64,000 nt of DNA, taken from contig CBDESU010000001.1 in assembly GCA_965242695.1 (NCBI GenBank), positions 1,024,001 through 1,088,000 on the forward strand, written 5' to 3'. Made by a program: the position numbers and the translations under genes. The stretch is from Cenarchaeum sp. Its GTDB lineage: Archaea > Thermoproteota > Nitrososphaeria > Nitrososphaerales > Nitrosopumilaceae. The notes below the pieces were generated by a model. That model was not told the DNA's origin, did not search any database, and was given only the letters and a program-made list of their open reading frames with translations. This document shows, piece by piece, positions 1 to 10,358 of the stretch (position 1 is the stretch's first letter; every line of letters begins with the position of its first letter).

Positions 1-2205
1 GGCGCCACCGCTCTGCGATATGGTATTGCCCGTCACGTTTACGTTGTCCGTATCGCTGAGGCGGTTGCCGTCGTCGGGCACCACCAGTATGGCCGCATCC
101 TGCGTCAGGTTGCGGCTGTCCTCAACGCCGCGCAAGAAGTCGTGGTTGGGTGCGTACGAGGCGTTTGTTATGGTGTTGCCCCGCACCGAGATTCCGTCCG
201 AGCCGCCCCTCACCCAGACCGCGCTGAGCGGGATGTCCGCAAACGTGTTGTCCGACAGGTCCAGGTTCCTAGCCTGCCTGACGTCGACTGCAACACCGGC
301 CACCCTCTCGAACGTGTTTGACGAGATCTCTGCATTCCTCATCTCCACAGATCTCGAGTGGACGCCCGTCTTTATCGCGTTGCGCGGCTCGTCGGGCACG
401 CCGTCGTAGTGCCTCGCGTTGTACCCGATGTCCCTAAAGGTGTTGTCGGCTATCAGCACATCCGACGCGCTACCCTCACGGTTGAAGCCGCCCGACAGGA
501 TGCCGCCGTAGCAAGTGTTGTCGAATACGTTGTCGGTTATGGTGATGTTGCTGTCGTGCGAGCGGTGCACGCCCACGTTGATGACGTACTCGGAGAGGTA
601 GCCGTTTGTGCGGTCGACGTTCTGCACCTTGTCGTGGCATGTCGTGTCGCGGAACGTGATGCCCTGCACGGCCACATCACTGTTGCGTATGAGTATGTGC
701 GACGCGCCGGTGAATACGACGCCGCCCTGCCGCCCCGACTCGGAGCGTATTGTCATGCCCTTTTCGGTCCCGCCCGCGTTAGTCGTCAGGTAGACGTCGC
801 GGTATGTCCCGTCCGGAATGGAGACTACGCCGCCGTCGGGCACCTCCCTAGCCAGGCGCTCGGGAACCGACTCGGGCCGCGGGTCGATTACTGTCAGATC
901 TGGCCCAGCAAAGCCGAGTGCGTACACGATGCCGGTGTCAAGACTTCCGGCACCCATACCTGCCGGAAGCGCGGACGATACAGCGATTGCATCTATTGCG
1001 GCATCTGCACCGCTCCAGCTAGGCCGGTCGACGACGGCTATTCGAGCCCCGTCGGACGTGCGGTACACGCCGATGTTTGTGGATGTGACCCAGTACAGCA
1101 GACCGCGCCTCTCGTCCAGCACAAGATCTCTGTTGGCTCCGGTAGTGCTCTCGAGATGTCCTCCGATTGTCGGGAGGCCAGCCGCTCCAGAAGTGCGGTT
1201 TTTTAGGTCGTACCATGCAAGCGTCTTGTTCTGGAATAGTGTGAACAACTTGTCGTTACGGTCGTCAAGGACCATGTCGTGGGCATTGGCACTCTGGTCA
1301 GACATGCAAGCGCTGCCGGCACACAGAGCCATGCTGTCGATCGTCGTATAGTTTGGATTGAACTGTCCACCGCCCCCAAATTCCAGTGTGTTCAGGGCAA
1401 ATATGCGATTACCCACCGCAGTGTCCCAGTACATTGTCATAGCGTAGGCAGTGGCGTTTTGTGCCGTCGAATTGATGGCTATGGATGATACGTACCAAGC
1501 GTTGTAGGTGTTCCGCCATCCCGTTCCGTCCCCACTTCTCCCGTACGGCAGGAGAACGGGCGGCTCGGCAGTTGCATTGACCACCAGTATGCCGTGCGCA
1601 TTTACGGATAGGGTAGAACTGTATGTCGAGATATACACCAAGCCGTGCTTGGAATCTACATGCAGCTTGTCGGGGTTTGGGCTCTGCAGTGTCCCATCAT
1701 AATGGTACGGAGCAGTCAAAGTGACATTGCTCAACGAACCACTAGCATTCATTATGTGCAGGTACGTGGTGTCCCCATAGTCCGTCGCCACGTACAGGTC
1801 GCCCGTCTTCGTATTGACGGCCATTGCCTCCACGGGGTTGCCGGGAGCGCCCGGAAAGGTCGCGTTGAGGATCATCGGGTAGCCGGGGCGGCCCGCATCG
1901 TACACTGCGACCGTGTTTTCGTACGCGATGTACAGCCTGTCGTTCACGGGATCGAACTCGATCAGCCTTGACCCGCCGGACGGCCCCGTCTCGGGGCGCT
2001 CCACTACGGGCAGGTCGGTAAAGCGGAATATGCAGTCTGTCGGGTCTGGCGCGCAGTGGCCGTTGTCGTACTGCTGCGCGTGCGCGGCCGGAGCCACACC
2101 GTCCAAGAAAGGCATGCCTGCGAGGGCGGCAACGGCGATCGCTACTACGGCCACAATGGGCAATGCGGACGGGACGGCGTATCTGGCCTGTCTACAGGGC
2201 CGCAC
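1..2205 (-). CDS. Secreted/surface protein with YVTN-like beta-propeller and parallel beta-helix (NosD/pectin-lyase-like) repeats; 3' end lies outside the window
   Basis: Minus-strand frame absent from the ORF track because it runs off the edge; checked stop-free from 2205 to about 1200 and open at the left end. Hydrophobic signal-like N-terminus (VAVVAIAVAALAGMP..AAHAQ), propeller-like blades (IEFDPVNDRLYIAY, MAVNTKTGDLYVA, LHVDSKHGLVYIS), beta-helix-like text at the edge (LSDTDNVNVTGNTISQSG). In-frame GTG at 2205; probable true ATG at 2230 is out of frame by 1. Confidence 0.75.
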   Translation of the reverse strand, partial: MRPCRQARYAVPSALPIVAVVAIAVAALAGMPFLDGVAPAAHAQQYDNGHCAPDPTDCIFRFTDLPVVERPETGPSGGSRLIEFDPVNDRLYIAYENTVAVYDAGRPGYPMILNATFPGAPGNPVEAMAVNTKTGDLYVATDYGDTTYLHIMNASGSLSNVTLTAPYHYDGTLQSPNPDKLHVDSKHGLVYISTYSSTLSVNAHGILVVNATAEPPVLLPYGRSGDGTGWRNTYNAWYVSSIAINSTAQNATAYAMTMYWDTAVGNRIFALNTLEFGGGGQFNPNYTTIDSMALCAGSACMSDQSANAHDMVLDDRNDKLFTLFQNKTLAWYDLKNRTSGAAGLPTIGGHLESTTGANRDLVLDERRGLLYWVTSTNIGVYRTSDGARIAVVDRPSWSGADAAIDAIAVSSALPAGMGAGSLDTGIVYALGFAGPDLTVIDPRPESVPERLAREVPDGGVVSIPDGTYRDVYLTTNAGGTEKGMTIRSESGRQGGVVFTGASHILIRNSDVAVQGITFRDTTCHDKVQNVDRTNGYLSEYVINVGVHRSHDSNITITDNVFDNTCYGGILSGGFNREGSASDVLIADNTFRDIGYNARHYDGVPDEPRNAIKTGVHSRSVEMRNAEISSNTFERVAGVAVDVRQARNLDLSDNTFADIPLSAVWVRGGSDGISVRGNTITNASYAPNHDFLRGVEDSRNLTQDAAILVVPDDGNRLSDTDNVNVTGNTISQSGGA

Positions 2206-2253
2206 TTGCGTCCCCCCCCCCCCCGATCATTTGGCGCGCCGAGAGAATATGGG

Positions 2254-2261
2254 TATAAAAA
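2254..2261 (-). promoter_or_regulatory. TATA box (TTTTTATA) of the surface protein gene
   Basis: Lies 24 bp upstream of ATG 2230, typical archaeal leaderless spacing. Confidence 0.55.
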
Positions 2262-2601
2262 GCATCCCCGCAGCCTCAAAACTTGGGCAAGGGTCTGTGG
2301 AGCTGTGCAGTGGCGCGCAGCGTGGCACAGGCAGGGACCGCGGCCGGCTGATCATCCCGCGCTTGACGGGGTATGGCGGAATGGCCCACGTCCAGCCCGC
2401 GCGCCTCTCGCCTCTCCCCCTGCACCCCGTCCGCGTCGACGGCCACGTCGACGGCCGCGCCGCCGTGTGATGCCAGCGGGCGGGTCGAACCTGCCATGGC
2501 CCCCGACAGGGAAGGGGCCGCTGCCAGGCATGGGCATGTGGCCGATGTGTCGCGCAGCGCCCAATCAAACGCATAAAGGCGGCACGCCGTGCACGGGGGG
2601 C

Positions 2602-3669
2602 ATGGACGGCGCAAAAACGGCCGCCGGCGCAGATGCGAACGCGCTGTGGGCGGCGGCCGCCGACGCAAGGGCGTGGAATGCTTCCATGCACGATCATGCG
2701 GCGTGGGTGGAGCGCAGGAAGGCATGGGCGATCAAGGCCGATGCCGACGAGTCGATGAGGCGGGCGGGCAGGGCATGCAGGCGGGCGGGCAGGGCGCTGG
2801 ACAGGATGGACGCGGGAGCGACAATGAAGGTGTCGGCGAGAGTGAGCCAGGCCGCCGATGCGTTGGAGCGGGCGGCCGATGCGTTCAGGCGATCGTCCGA
2901 GCTTAGCAAGGCGGCAGGAGTGGAGCTGTTGCGGGCATCCAGGGCACATGTGCGCTCCGGCAAACGCGCCGGAGCCGAGCGCATCCCGGAGGCGGAGCTG
3001 TTGCGGGCATCCAGGGCACATGTGCGCTCCGGCAAACGCGCCGGAGCCGAGCGCATCCCGGAGGCGGAGCTGTTGCGGGCATCCAGGGTATACGCGCGGG
3101 CCGCCGGCCTGCGGCGTGGCGTGGCCGCGGCCAGGCGGGCCTCAAGGTCGTACGACCACGCGATAGCTGCGTCCGATTTGGCCATCATCGCGCTTGACGG
3201 GACGGAGGCGCTCATGCGGGATTCCGTCAAGCTGGCAGAGGGCGCAGTCAAGCTGGCAGAGGGCGCGGCAGGGCAGCCCGATGCGGGCATCGTGTGGGAC
3301 GGCATCCGCAGCGCGCTGTCGTCGGCGCAGGACGGCCTGCGGGGGACCTCGGACTGGGCACGCGCGCTGTCGGAGGCGTCGGAGGAAGATGCGGGCAAGG
3401 CGGAACGGCGGGCGGCGAAGGTGCGGAAGCGGGCGGCCGCCGCTGCCGAGCGCTCGGCGGCAAGGGCGGCCGCCGCTGCCGAGCGCGGGCTGGACGACCC
3501 GGGCGCGCAAAGGGCCGCGGCGGCGTGGAACAAGGCCAGGGCGGCGGCCGGCAGGGTTGACGGGCGGCGGGATGCAAAGGCAGTGGCGGTCGAAAGGCGG
3601 CGGGCAGGTCGGGTCGCACGGGGGCGCCGCGGCGGCGACACGGGCGGCGGCACACATGATTCGGCATGA
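2602..3669 (+). CDS. Ala-rich helical family protein, copy 1 (with internal 72-bp duplication)
   Basis: N-terminal LWAAAADARAWNA..W..KADADESM and C-terminal PGAQRAAAAWNKA match the other copies; CATAAAGG about 25 bp upstream. Confidence 0.75.
   Translation: MDGAKTAAGADANALWAAAADARAWNASMHDHAAWVERRKAWAIKADADESMRRAGRACRRAGRALDRMDAGATMKVSARVSQAADALERAADAFRRSSELSKAAGVELLRASRAHVRSGKRAGAERIPEAELLRASRAHVRSGKRAGAERIPEAELLRASRVYARAAGLRRGVAAARRASRSYDHAIAASDLAIIALDGTEALMRDSVKLAEGAVKLAEGAAGQPDAGIVWDGIRSALSSAQDGLRGTSDWARALSEASEEDAGKAERRAAKVRKRAAAAAERSAARAAAAAERGLDDPGAQRAAAAWNKARAAAGRVDGRRDAKAVAVERRRAGRVARGRRGGDTGGGTHDSA
2922..3088 (+). repeat. 72-bp tandem duplication (24-aa unit ELLRASRAHVRSGKRAGAERIPEA x2 plus a partial copy)
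   Basis: Read directly from the sequence. Confidence 0.9.
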
Positions 3670-3857
3670 CAGTTTGTTTCGCCTCGACAGTCGCCCGTAC
3701 GGGCCAGATCAAGATTCAAGCGCCGGCGAGCGACCTGGCGTGCGGTCCGAGGCGGAGGATTGCGCCAGAGGAATCCCGGCGGGCGGTGCGGCGGATGCCC
3801 GCGGCCCGCGGCGGCGCACGGCGATGGGCAGATCTGCGGCAACGTCTGGCCACCCCG

Positions 3858-4436
3858 CTACCTTGACGCGGCAGGGATCTGTGGGGCGGCCGCGGGGTAG
3901 CGCACCGACGATGCCAGCACGGGCCGCCACTGACACCCCTCGGTCGTGTACTTGTCGCAGTCCAGGACGATGCCGATCTTGGGCGAGGTCAACTCGTCGA
4001 CTATGCCGCGGCACTGCTCGGCCGAGCGCCCTGACGCCAGCCCGCCGACCAGCTCGGCCAGGCCTTCGGTATCGGGCCTCATATGGCTGAAGACGATCAG
4101 GTAGGTGGCCGCCTTGATCCAGTCGGCGTCCTTGCCGGCGAGCAGGCGCAGGAGCCGTTCCCCGTCAAAGCCGTCCGGCAGCGGCGGCGCATCGCACCCG
4201 AGGCCGGCCCGCACACGCGGCACGGCCGACTCGAGATCGTTGTAGAGCCGCTTCGAGTACGGACCGTTCGAGAGCTTGTCGTCAAACACGTACCCGTGGT
4301 TCAGCCCGAGCCGGCCGGCTATGAGGGTGCAGTGGACCAGCATCCCCAGCTCGTCAAGCTTCTGGTCCTCGTCCGCGGGCGGAGACCTCCGGAGTAGCCC
4401 GCCGTCCACAAGGAGCCGCACAAGCGCATCCAGCAT
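3858..4436 (-). CDS. YwgA/SocA(Panacea)-like winged-helix protein, putative antitoxin
   Basis: GY.F..KL.NGPYSKRLYNDL resembles the GPYS..L..DL motif of YwgA/DUF4065-like proteins; adjacent to a PIN gene. Confidence 0.55.
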   Translation of the reverse strand: MLDALVRLLVDGGLLRRSPPADEDQKLDELGMLVHCTLIAGRLGLNHGYVFDDKLSNGPYSKRLYNDLESAVPRVRAGLGCDAPPLPDGFDGERLLRLLAGKDADWIKAATYLIVFSHMRPDTEGLAELVGGLASGRSAEQCRGIVDELTSPKIGIVLDCDKYTTEGCQWRPVLASSVRYPAAAPQIPAASR

Positions 4437-4545
4437 GGGCGGCGGCGCCTAGGCATTCCATATAGCCCTTTGCTCCTCCTAGATCGCCGTGCTACTGGCA
4501 AATATGGCCTTAAAAGGTAATATACTACAGGATTCGGTCCCCGGC

Positions 4546-5031
4546 ATGGTCGTTGTCGTGTACCTGGACACATGGATCTTGAGGGCATACGTGTCGAAAG
4601 ATTCCAAGGAGCGGCGCGATGCGGCCCGTCTGCTCGCCCGGCTCCAGTCGGGCGTCTATGTCGTAAAGGTGCCGCAGGTGATCATCGGCGAGGCGGTCGC
4701 GACCGTAATGAGAGACTACGACCCCGACGAGTGGGAAGAGGTGGTAGGCAGGATGATGCGGGCGATCGCAGATGTGGCCGATCCGGCCACCTGCCTTCCA
4801 CCCCTGGATACGGCGGTGGTCGAAAGGGCCGATCAGCTGAAGGCCCGCATCGTGGGACTGGCGGACACGGACGCCCTCTTGGCGGCGCAGGCGCTGAACG
4901 ACCCCCAGGCGCAAAAGGTAGTCACAAGGGACCACCTCCTCTCTACCTCGAACATTCTCAAAGCGGTGGTTCGCGAGATGATTGAGAACGGTGAGAGGGA
5001 GTTTAGCCTTAAATTCGGCGACAAAGTGTAA
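4546..5031 (+). CDS. PIN-domain (VapC-like) ribonuclease
   Basis: VYLDTWIL...IIGEAV...DTDALLAAQA...VVTRD acidic PIN motif pattern. Confidence 0.8.
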   Translation: MVVVVYLDTWILRAYVSKDSKERRDAARLLARLQSGVYVVKVPQVIIGEAVATVMRDYDPDEWEEVVGRMMRAIADVADPATCLPPLDTAVVERADQLKARIVGLADTDALLAAQALNDPQAQKVVTRDHLLSTSNILKAVVREMIENGEREFSLKFGDKV

Positions 5032-5256
5032 AGCCGAATGATTTGCGTGGGCGCCGCCGCGAAGGGGGGTTTGTAGTCTCTCACCCCAGGCCCCCAGCCC
5101 ACCGACAGCGTGTACAGCCCATGTAAATCCGTCAGGAATGGCGGATCTTCATGACCCGCGGCAGTGCGGAGACGATCCCGCGCGGCTCGCAGTTTCGGAT
5201 TCGCCTGCCCCCTTCCCGTATGCCGCAGGCGCAGGCGGCACCCACTAGGGGCGCAG

Positions 5257-5297
5257 GGTGGCCCGCCATGGTGGCCCGCCATGGTGGCCCGCCATGG
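5257..5297. repeat. 13-bp tandem repeat GGTGGCCCGCCAT x3
   Basis: Read directly from the sequence. Confidence 0.85.
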
Positions 5298-5425
5298 CGC
5301 CTGCCTCGCGCGGCGGCGGCATGTCAGGCTACGCGAGGGCGCCGTGTGGTGGCCGCAGCGCGCGGGCGGGGAGAGACCAGACGCGGTGGCAGAAACGATG
5401 TGGGCAGGGGCGGCCGGTCGCCTGG

Positions 5426-6004
5426 CTACCCCGGTACGGCAGGGATCTGCGGGGCGGTCGCAGGATAGCGCACCGACGACGCCAGTTCGGGCCGCCACTG
5501 CTTCCCCTCGGGCGCGTACTTGTCGCAGTCTAGGACGATGCCGATCTCGGGCGATGTCATCTCGTCGACTATGGCGCGGCCGTAGTCGATCGAGCGCTCC
5601 AGGATCTGCTCGCCGAGCCACGCGACAAGATTCTCGATGCTGGGCCGCATATGGCTGAAGACGATCAGGTAGGTGGCCGCCCTGATCCAGTCGGCGTCCT
5701 TGCCGGCGAGCAGGTGCAGGAGCCGCTCCCCGTCAAGGCCGTCCGGCAGCGGCGGCGCATCGCCCCCAAGGCCGGCCCGAGCGCGCGGCACGGCCTCTTC
5801 AAGATCGTCGTAGAGCCGATCCGAGTTCGGGCCGTTCAGGAGCTTGTCGCCGACCACGTACCCGTGGTCCAGCCCGAGCCGGCCGGCTATGAAGGTGCAG
5901 TGGACCAGCAGCTCCAGCTCGTCAAGCTTTTGGTCCTCGTCCGCGGGCGGAGACCGCCTGATCACCCCGCCGTCCATGAGGAGCCGCACGAGCGCTTCCA
6001 GCAT
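5426..6004 (-). CDS. YwgA/SocA-like protein, close paralogue of 3858-4436
   Basis: Near-collinear protein (ML.ALVRLL.DGG..RRSPPADEDQKLDEL...LAGKDADWI.AATYLIVFSHMRP). Confidence 0.6.
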   Translation of the reverse strand: MLEALVRLLMDGGVIRRSPPADEDQKLDELELLVHCTFIAGRLGLDHGYVVGDKLLNGPNSDRLYDDLEEAVPRARAGLGGDAPPLPDGLDGERLLHLLAGKDADWIRAATYLIVFSHMRPSIENLVAWLGEQILERSIDYGRAIVDEMTSPEIGIVLDCDKYAPEGKQWRPELASSVRYPATAPQIPAVPG

Positions 6005-6282
6005 GGGGCGGCGGCGCCTAGGGTTCGGTATAACTGCTCGCTTTGCGACGATCGTCGCACGCATGGGCGGGATCGGGATTCAAGCGTCGGCGTGCGGCGC
6101 GGCTCCGCCGGCCCATGCGTGTCGCCGCTCGCCTGCCCGAGCACGGCTCGCAGGTGCGTCACAGCGCACTCGCCCGCATTCCCTAGGATGGCTGTGGCCT
6201 TTCCCGCCTCGCTCCGGTCCTGCGCTCGGGACGGAGAGCCCCCTCCCCAAGGCTTTTACCGCCCGCCCACCGCACGCCCCGC

Positions 6283-7851
6283 GTGGAATCGGAAGAGGAC
6301 GCGCAGCGCGGGGCCAGAACCAGCGCCGGCGACGATGCCGCATCCGCGCCGATCGCCAGGCTGCTCGCCGAGAATAAGCACGCCGAGGCCGTCGCCGCAT
6401 GCGACCTCGCCCTGGCCTCGAACCCGGGCCACATCTACCTCTCCTCGGCGAGGGCCGCCTCGCTAAAGCATATGGGCCGCCTGAAAGAGGCCGCACGCGC
6501 ATTCGAGGATCTCGCAAAGCTGTGCCGCGCCGCGCTCGACTCGGATGCCGGCGATGCGGATGCGGCGGGGCACATGGGCCGCGCCCTGCTGGCGCTCAAC
6601 CGCTACTCCGAGGCCGCCGAGGCGGCCGAGGCGGCCATCAAGGCCGGCGCGTCCGGCGCCGAGATGCGCGTCCTCAGGGGCCGCGCCCTGTCCGGCACGG
6701 GGCGGCACGAGGATGCGCTAGAGTCGCACAGGGAGGCCGCGCAGATCGATCCGCGCAGCGCCGCCGCGTGGTCCGGCGCGGCCGCCGCGCTCAACGCAAT
6801 GACGCGCCACGCCGAGGCCGCGACGTACAGCGAAAAGGCCGCGCGCGCCGAACCGGGCAACCCCGTCCTGCTCGCGAACCTCGGGGACATGCTGCGCATG
6901 GGCAGGCGCTACGCAGAGGCCGCCGAGGCATGCGACAGGGCGCTTGCAATCGACGGCGCGTGCACCGAGGCGCACGAGGCCAAGGCGCGCGCGCTCCTCG
7001 AGCTCGGGCGCGTGCGCGATGCGCGCGTCTGCTGCCGCGACATGGTCCGCGCCAGCCCGAAGAGCGCCGCCGCGTGGGCCGCCAGGGGATCCATCCTGCA
7101 CGACATGGGCCTGCACAAAAAGGCCCTCGGGTCGGCCAGGCGCGCAATACGGACGGACCCCGGCTCGGCCGGCGCGCACGAGCTTAGGGCCAGGATCCTA
7201 GAGGCGATGGGGATGCCCGAGAGGGGCGCCGAGGCGTGCGACAGGGCGATTAAGGCCGACCCGCGCGGCGCTCTGGCCCGGGCCACAAAGGTGCGCCTGC
7301 TCCTGAGCATGGGCATGCATGCAGAGGCGCTAGAGTGCGCCGACGAGGCCGTCAGGCTAGACCCGGGCTCGGCCCGCGCGCACCTTGCCAGGGCAGAGGC
7401 CATGATGGCGCACCGGCGGCTCGAAGAGGTGGCGGCGGGCGCGGCCAGGGCCGCCAGGCTCGACCCCTCGATGCACAGGGCCCACGCGGCCGGCGCGGAT
7501 GCGCTCTGCGCGCTCGGGAGGCTCAAGGAGGCGCTCGAGCGCGTAGACGAGTCGATCCGGATCGATCCGGGCGAGCCATACCCGCACATGGTGAGGGGCA
7601 CGATCCTGGTCCGCATGGGGCGCCGCGCCGAGGGGATCAGGTCGTACGACAGGTCGATCGAGTGCGATATCTCGTACACGCCCGGCTACGTCATCAAGGC
7701 CATGATGATCGCGGCGGAAGGAAGGCGCAAGGAGGCGATCGCATGCTGCGATGCGGCCCTGGCAAACTGCCCGCCCGGGCCGGCCGGCGACTACGGCCGC
7801 ATGATGGCCAGGAGGCAGAGGGAGGAGATCATCCGCGGCGGGAAGGGCTGA
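6283..7851 (+). CDS. Tetratricopeptide repeat (TPR) protein
   Basis: Many 34-aa units of the form EA....D.A..IDP....A....G..L. Confidence 0.9.
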   Translation: MESEEDAQRGARTSAGDDAASAPIARLLAENKHAEAVAACDLALASNPGHIYLSSARAASLKHMGRLKEAARAFEDLAKLCRAALDSDAGDADAAGHMGRALLALNRYSEAAEAAEAAIKAGASGAEMRVLRGRALSGTGRHEDALESHREAAQIDPRSAAAWSGAAAALNAMTRHAEAATYSEKAARAEPGNPVLLANLGDMLRMGRRYAEAAEACDRALAIDGACTEAHEAKARALLELGRVRDARVCCRDMVRASPKSAAAWAARGSILHDMGLHKKALGSARRAIRTDPGSAGAHELRARILEAMGMPERGAEACDRAIKADPRGALARATKVRLLLSMGMHAEALECADEAVRLDPGSARAHLARAEAMMAHRRLEEVAAGAARAARLDPSMHRAHAAGADALCALGRLKEALERVDESIRIDPGEPYPHMVRGTILVRMGRRAEGIRSYDRSIECDISYTPGYVIKAMMIAAEGRRKEAIACCDAALANCPPGPAGDYGRMMARRQREEIIRGGKG

Positions 7852-7934
7852 GGGCGGGGCCGGCCTGGAATGGCGGGCCCCGGCGGCGGGCGGGGGCCGA
7901 AAGCCATAAATTGCACCGGTGCGGCCTCGGCGCG

Positions 7935-9350
7935 TTGGCGCAGGAGGCGGAGCAGGAGCGCAGGCCGGCGGGGCGGGGCGGCGGAGTGGGATCCGCGGCA
8001 TCCGCCCTAGAGGAACAGGAGTCGGGGGAGCAGAAGGTAGAGGTCGCGCACTGGTACATCGATCAAGACCTGGTCGACGACTACCTGTCCGTTCCGCATG
8101 TGACGACCATCCACGACATACTGTTCGAGATGGATCCTAGGTACGACGAGATGGTCATACGCAATGGCATCGAGCACGGCGGGTACCGGACGGCGCTCGA
8201 TGAACTCAAGGATCCTCCCCCGCACCATCCGCAGGGAATCTATGTCGTCGGCTACCGCGCGCGCATGCTCGAGCGCCTCGGCAGGTACGAGCAGGCAGAG
8301 GCGCTGTACCGCAGCGTGGTCGAAGAGCTGCCCGGGAGTCCTGTCGCCCACCTCGACATGGCAAGGGTGCTAGAGCAACTCGGCCGCGGAGAAGAGTCGG
8401 CGGCCGAGGTCGCCCGCGCGGGCAAGTTCATTCCAAACTATCGCAGGGCGTTCGAGGCCGGCATGCACCCCGACCCGCGCCAGCTGGATCCCTCCGCCGT
8501 CCCGCTCCGCCTGATCATACCAATGTCCGTAATCTCGGCGGCCGGAACGGTGCGCTCGAGGGCAGAGCTCTCGGCGGCATCGCTGCTCGTGCAGTCCGAG
8601 TGCGGGCTCGACCTGTACCCCCAGGCGGCGTCGCGACTGCCGGGCTGCGCCGGCCTCGGCGCCGACATGGGGAGGTTTTACCACCTTGTCGTCGAGGATA
8701 TCGTCTCGTACCCGATAAGAGGCGAGCCGACGTACTACTACGACCTCACCGACAGGGGGATCGACATGGTGCGCGAGCTCGGCGAGCGGGCGGACGGGAA
8801 CGAGGGAGGCGGCGGCGCGGCGCGCATCGCCGCATCTGCGCGCCGCATCGCCGGCATCGGCGCGTATGCCATTCTCGAAGAGGCCTGTCGCGGCGCCGCG
8901 GCCCGAGCCGGGCGCGAGCGTATCGGGCGCGCCGAGGCCCTGGCGGGACTGCGCGGGACGGCCGAGCGCATAATCGGCGAGATCGGCAACGGCATTGCGT
9001 TTGGCGGCAATCATGCGGCCGTGCTCGAGACCAAGGCCAGGCGCATACCAGACATGCTCTCGCAGGCGCGCGATGCGCCCGACGCGCAGTGGGACGTGGC
9101 CGCCGCCCTGGGCGGCGACATACTGGGCCTGTGTGCGCGCATCGCGTTCGACCAGCGGCCGCACCCGAGGTCGTACGCGCTAGGCCCCCCGTACCCCGAC
9201 ATCCGGGATCTGTACACTCTGCTCGTCGGGTACTGCAGGGAGAAAGGCATTGCCGAGCCCAGGATCGAGGTGTTGAAGATCGAGGAGCCTGCGCCCGAGA
9301 GTATCGAGGAGATTAGGCGCGACATGCTCAAGGTGATAGCCGGGTCATGA
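7935..9350 (+). CDS. TPR plus winged-helix (YwgA-like) fusion protein, translationally coupled to a PIN gene
   Basis: TTG about 25 bp after CATAAA; TPR segment (LERLGRYEQAEALY..PGSPVAHLDMARVLEQLGR); wHTH-like YYYDLTDRGIDM; ATGA overlap with the next gene. Confidence 0.6.
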   Translation: MAQEAEQERRPAGRGGGVGSAASALEEQESGEQKVEVAHWYIDQDLVDDYLSVPHVTTIHDILFEMDPRYDEMVIRNGIEHGGYRTALDELKDPPPHHPQGIYVVGYRARMLERLGRYEQAEALYRSVVEELPGSPVAHLDMARVLEQLGRGEESAAEVARAGKFIPNYRRAFEAGMHPDPRQLDPSAVPLRLIIPMSVISAAGTVRSRAELSAASLLVQSECGLDLYPQAASRLPGCAGLGADMGRFYHLVVEDIVSYPIRGEPTYYYDLTDRGIDMVRELGERADGNEGGGGAARIAASARRIAGIGAYAILEEACRGAAARAGRERIGRAEALAGLRGTAERIIGEIGNGIAFGGNHAAVLETKARRIPDMLSQARDAPDAQWDVAAALGGDILGLCARIAFDQRPHPRSYALGPPYPDIRDLYTLLVGYCREKGIAEPRIEVLKIEEPAPESIEEIRRDMLKVIAGS

Positions 9351-9958
9351 TCGTCATCTTCGACACGAACGTCTGGTACGCATACCACATGGACTTTATG
9401 GCGGTGAGCAGGGACGGGCGGGCCGTCAGGGTGCGGCGCCGCAACAGGGACGCGGTGGTCGCCGCGGTCGACGGTGCGATAGAGTCGGGGGAGGTTAGGA
9501 TTATAGATACTGTCGCAGTTGAGGTGCGCGGAGGCATGGAGGATGCGTTTAGGTCGGCTGCCAAGTCGGCCAACCCCGAAGCCGTTTATGATGACGAAAT
9601 TGCAGAGGATGCACTGGCAGGGTTCATGCCGCTGTACAAACGCTTTCGCATTCGCGACTACAAGGACTACCTGGACGACATCGAGTGCATGTATATTGAG
9701 ATATGGCGCGATCCAAGGATGGCCGGCGCGGTGGACCGGCGGCGGCGCATCAAGGAAAGGCACGGGCACGGGTCGGCGCGCCCCTCGCTGGCGACGCATG
9801 CAAGGGACTTTGCGATACTCTCGACGGCCGCCTACATGGCCGCGCGGGGGGAGTCGGTCAGGCTGGTCACATTCGACCACGACATTGTGGAGTTTGCCGA
9901 TGCGATCTACGAGCGGTTCGGCGTCGTCGTAGTCGACGGCGCAGGCCTGCAGCTGTAA
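9347..9958 (+). CDS. PIN-domain protein
   Basis: MIVIFDTNVW...VAVEV...RDFAILSTA...LVTFDHD. Confidence 0.8.
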   Translation: MIVIFDTNVWYAYHMDFMAVSRDGRAVRVRRRNRDAVVAAVDGAIESGEVRIIDTVAVEVRGGMEDAFRSAAKSANPEAVYDDEIAEDALAGFMPLYKRFRIRDYKDYLDDIECMYIEIWRDPRMAGAVDRRRRIKERHGHGSARPSLATHARDFAILSTAAYMAARGESVRLVTFDHDIVEFADAIYERFGVVVVDGAGLQL

Positions 9959-10358
9959 TCCCGGCGCAGCCAGGCGCGCCGCCGATGCGCTAGCCACTGC
10001 CGCGCTCGCGCCATCCTCGCACCGGGGGGTTTTTCCAGCTCTGCGGCGGCCTGTGCACGCTCGCGTGCGGCCTCCCAGGCCGACTCGACTTCCCGGCAGG
10101 AGCCCGCCCGCCCGCCCGAACCATGGGCCGCCTGCGCCGGCTGCCAGGCGCGGCGGCAGAGCGCCGAACATGCCGCATGCTCTGGCCGCGCAGTCGCATG
10201 CCCAGAGCCGCTCCCGCGCCCGCCCGCGCCCCGCCGCCCTTTGGGCACGCGGCGCCGGCCGATGCGGCGCCTTCCCCCGCTCCGATCCCTGCCTCCGGAC
10301 TCGATCGCCGCGCCCGCCGCGTCCAAGGTTTTTACCGGGCGCGCCGCGCCCGCCGCGC

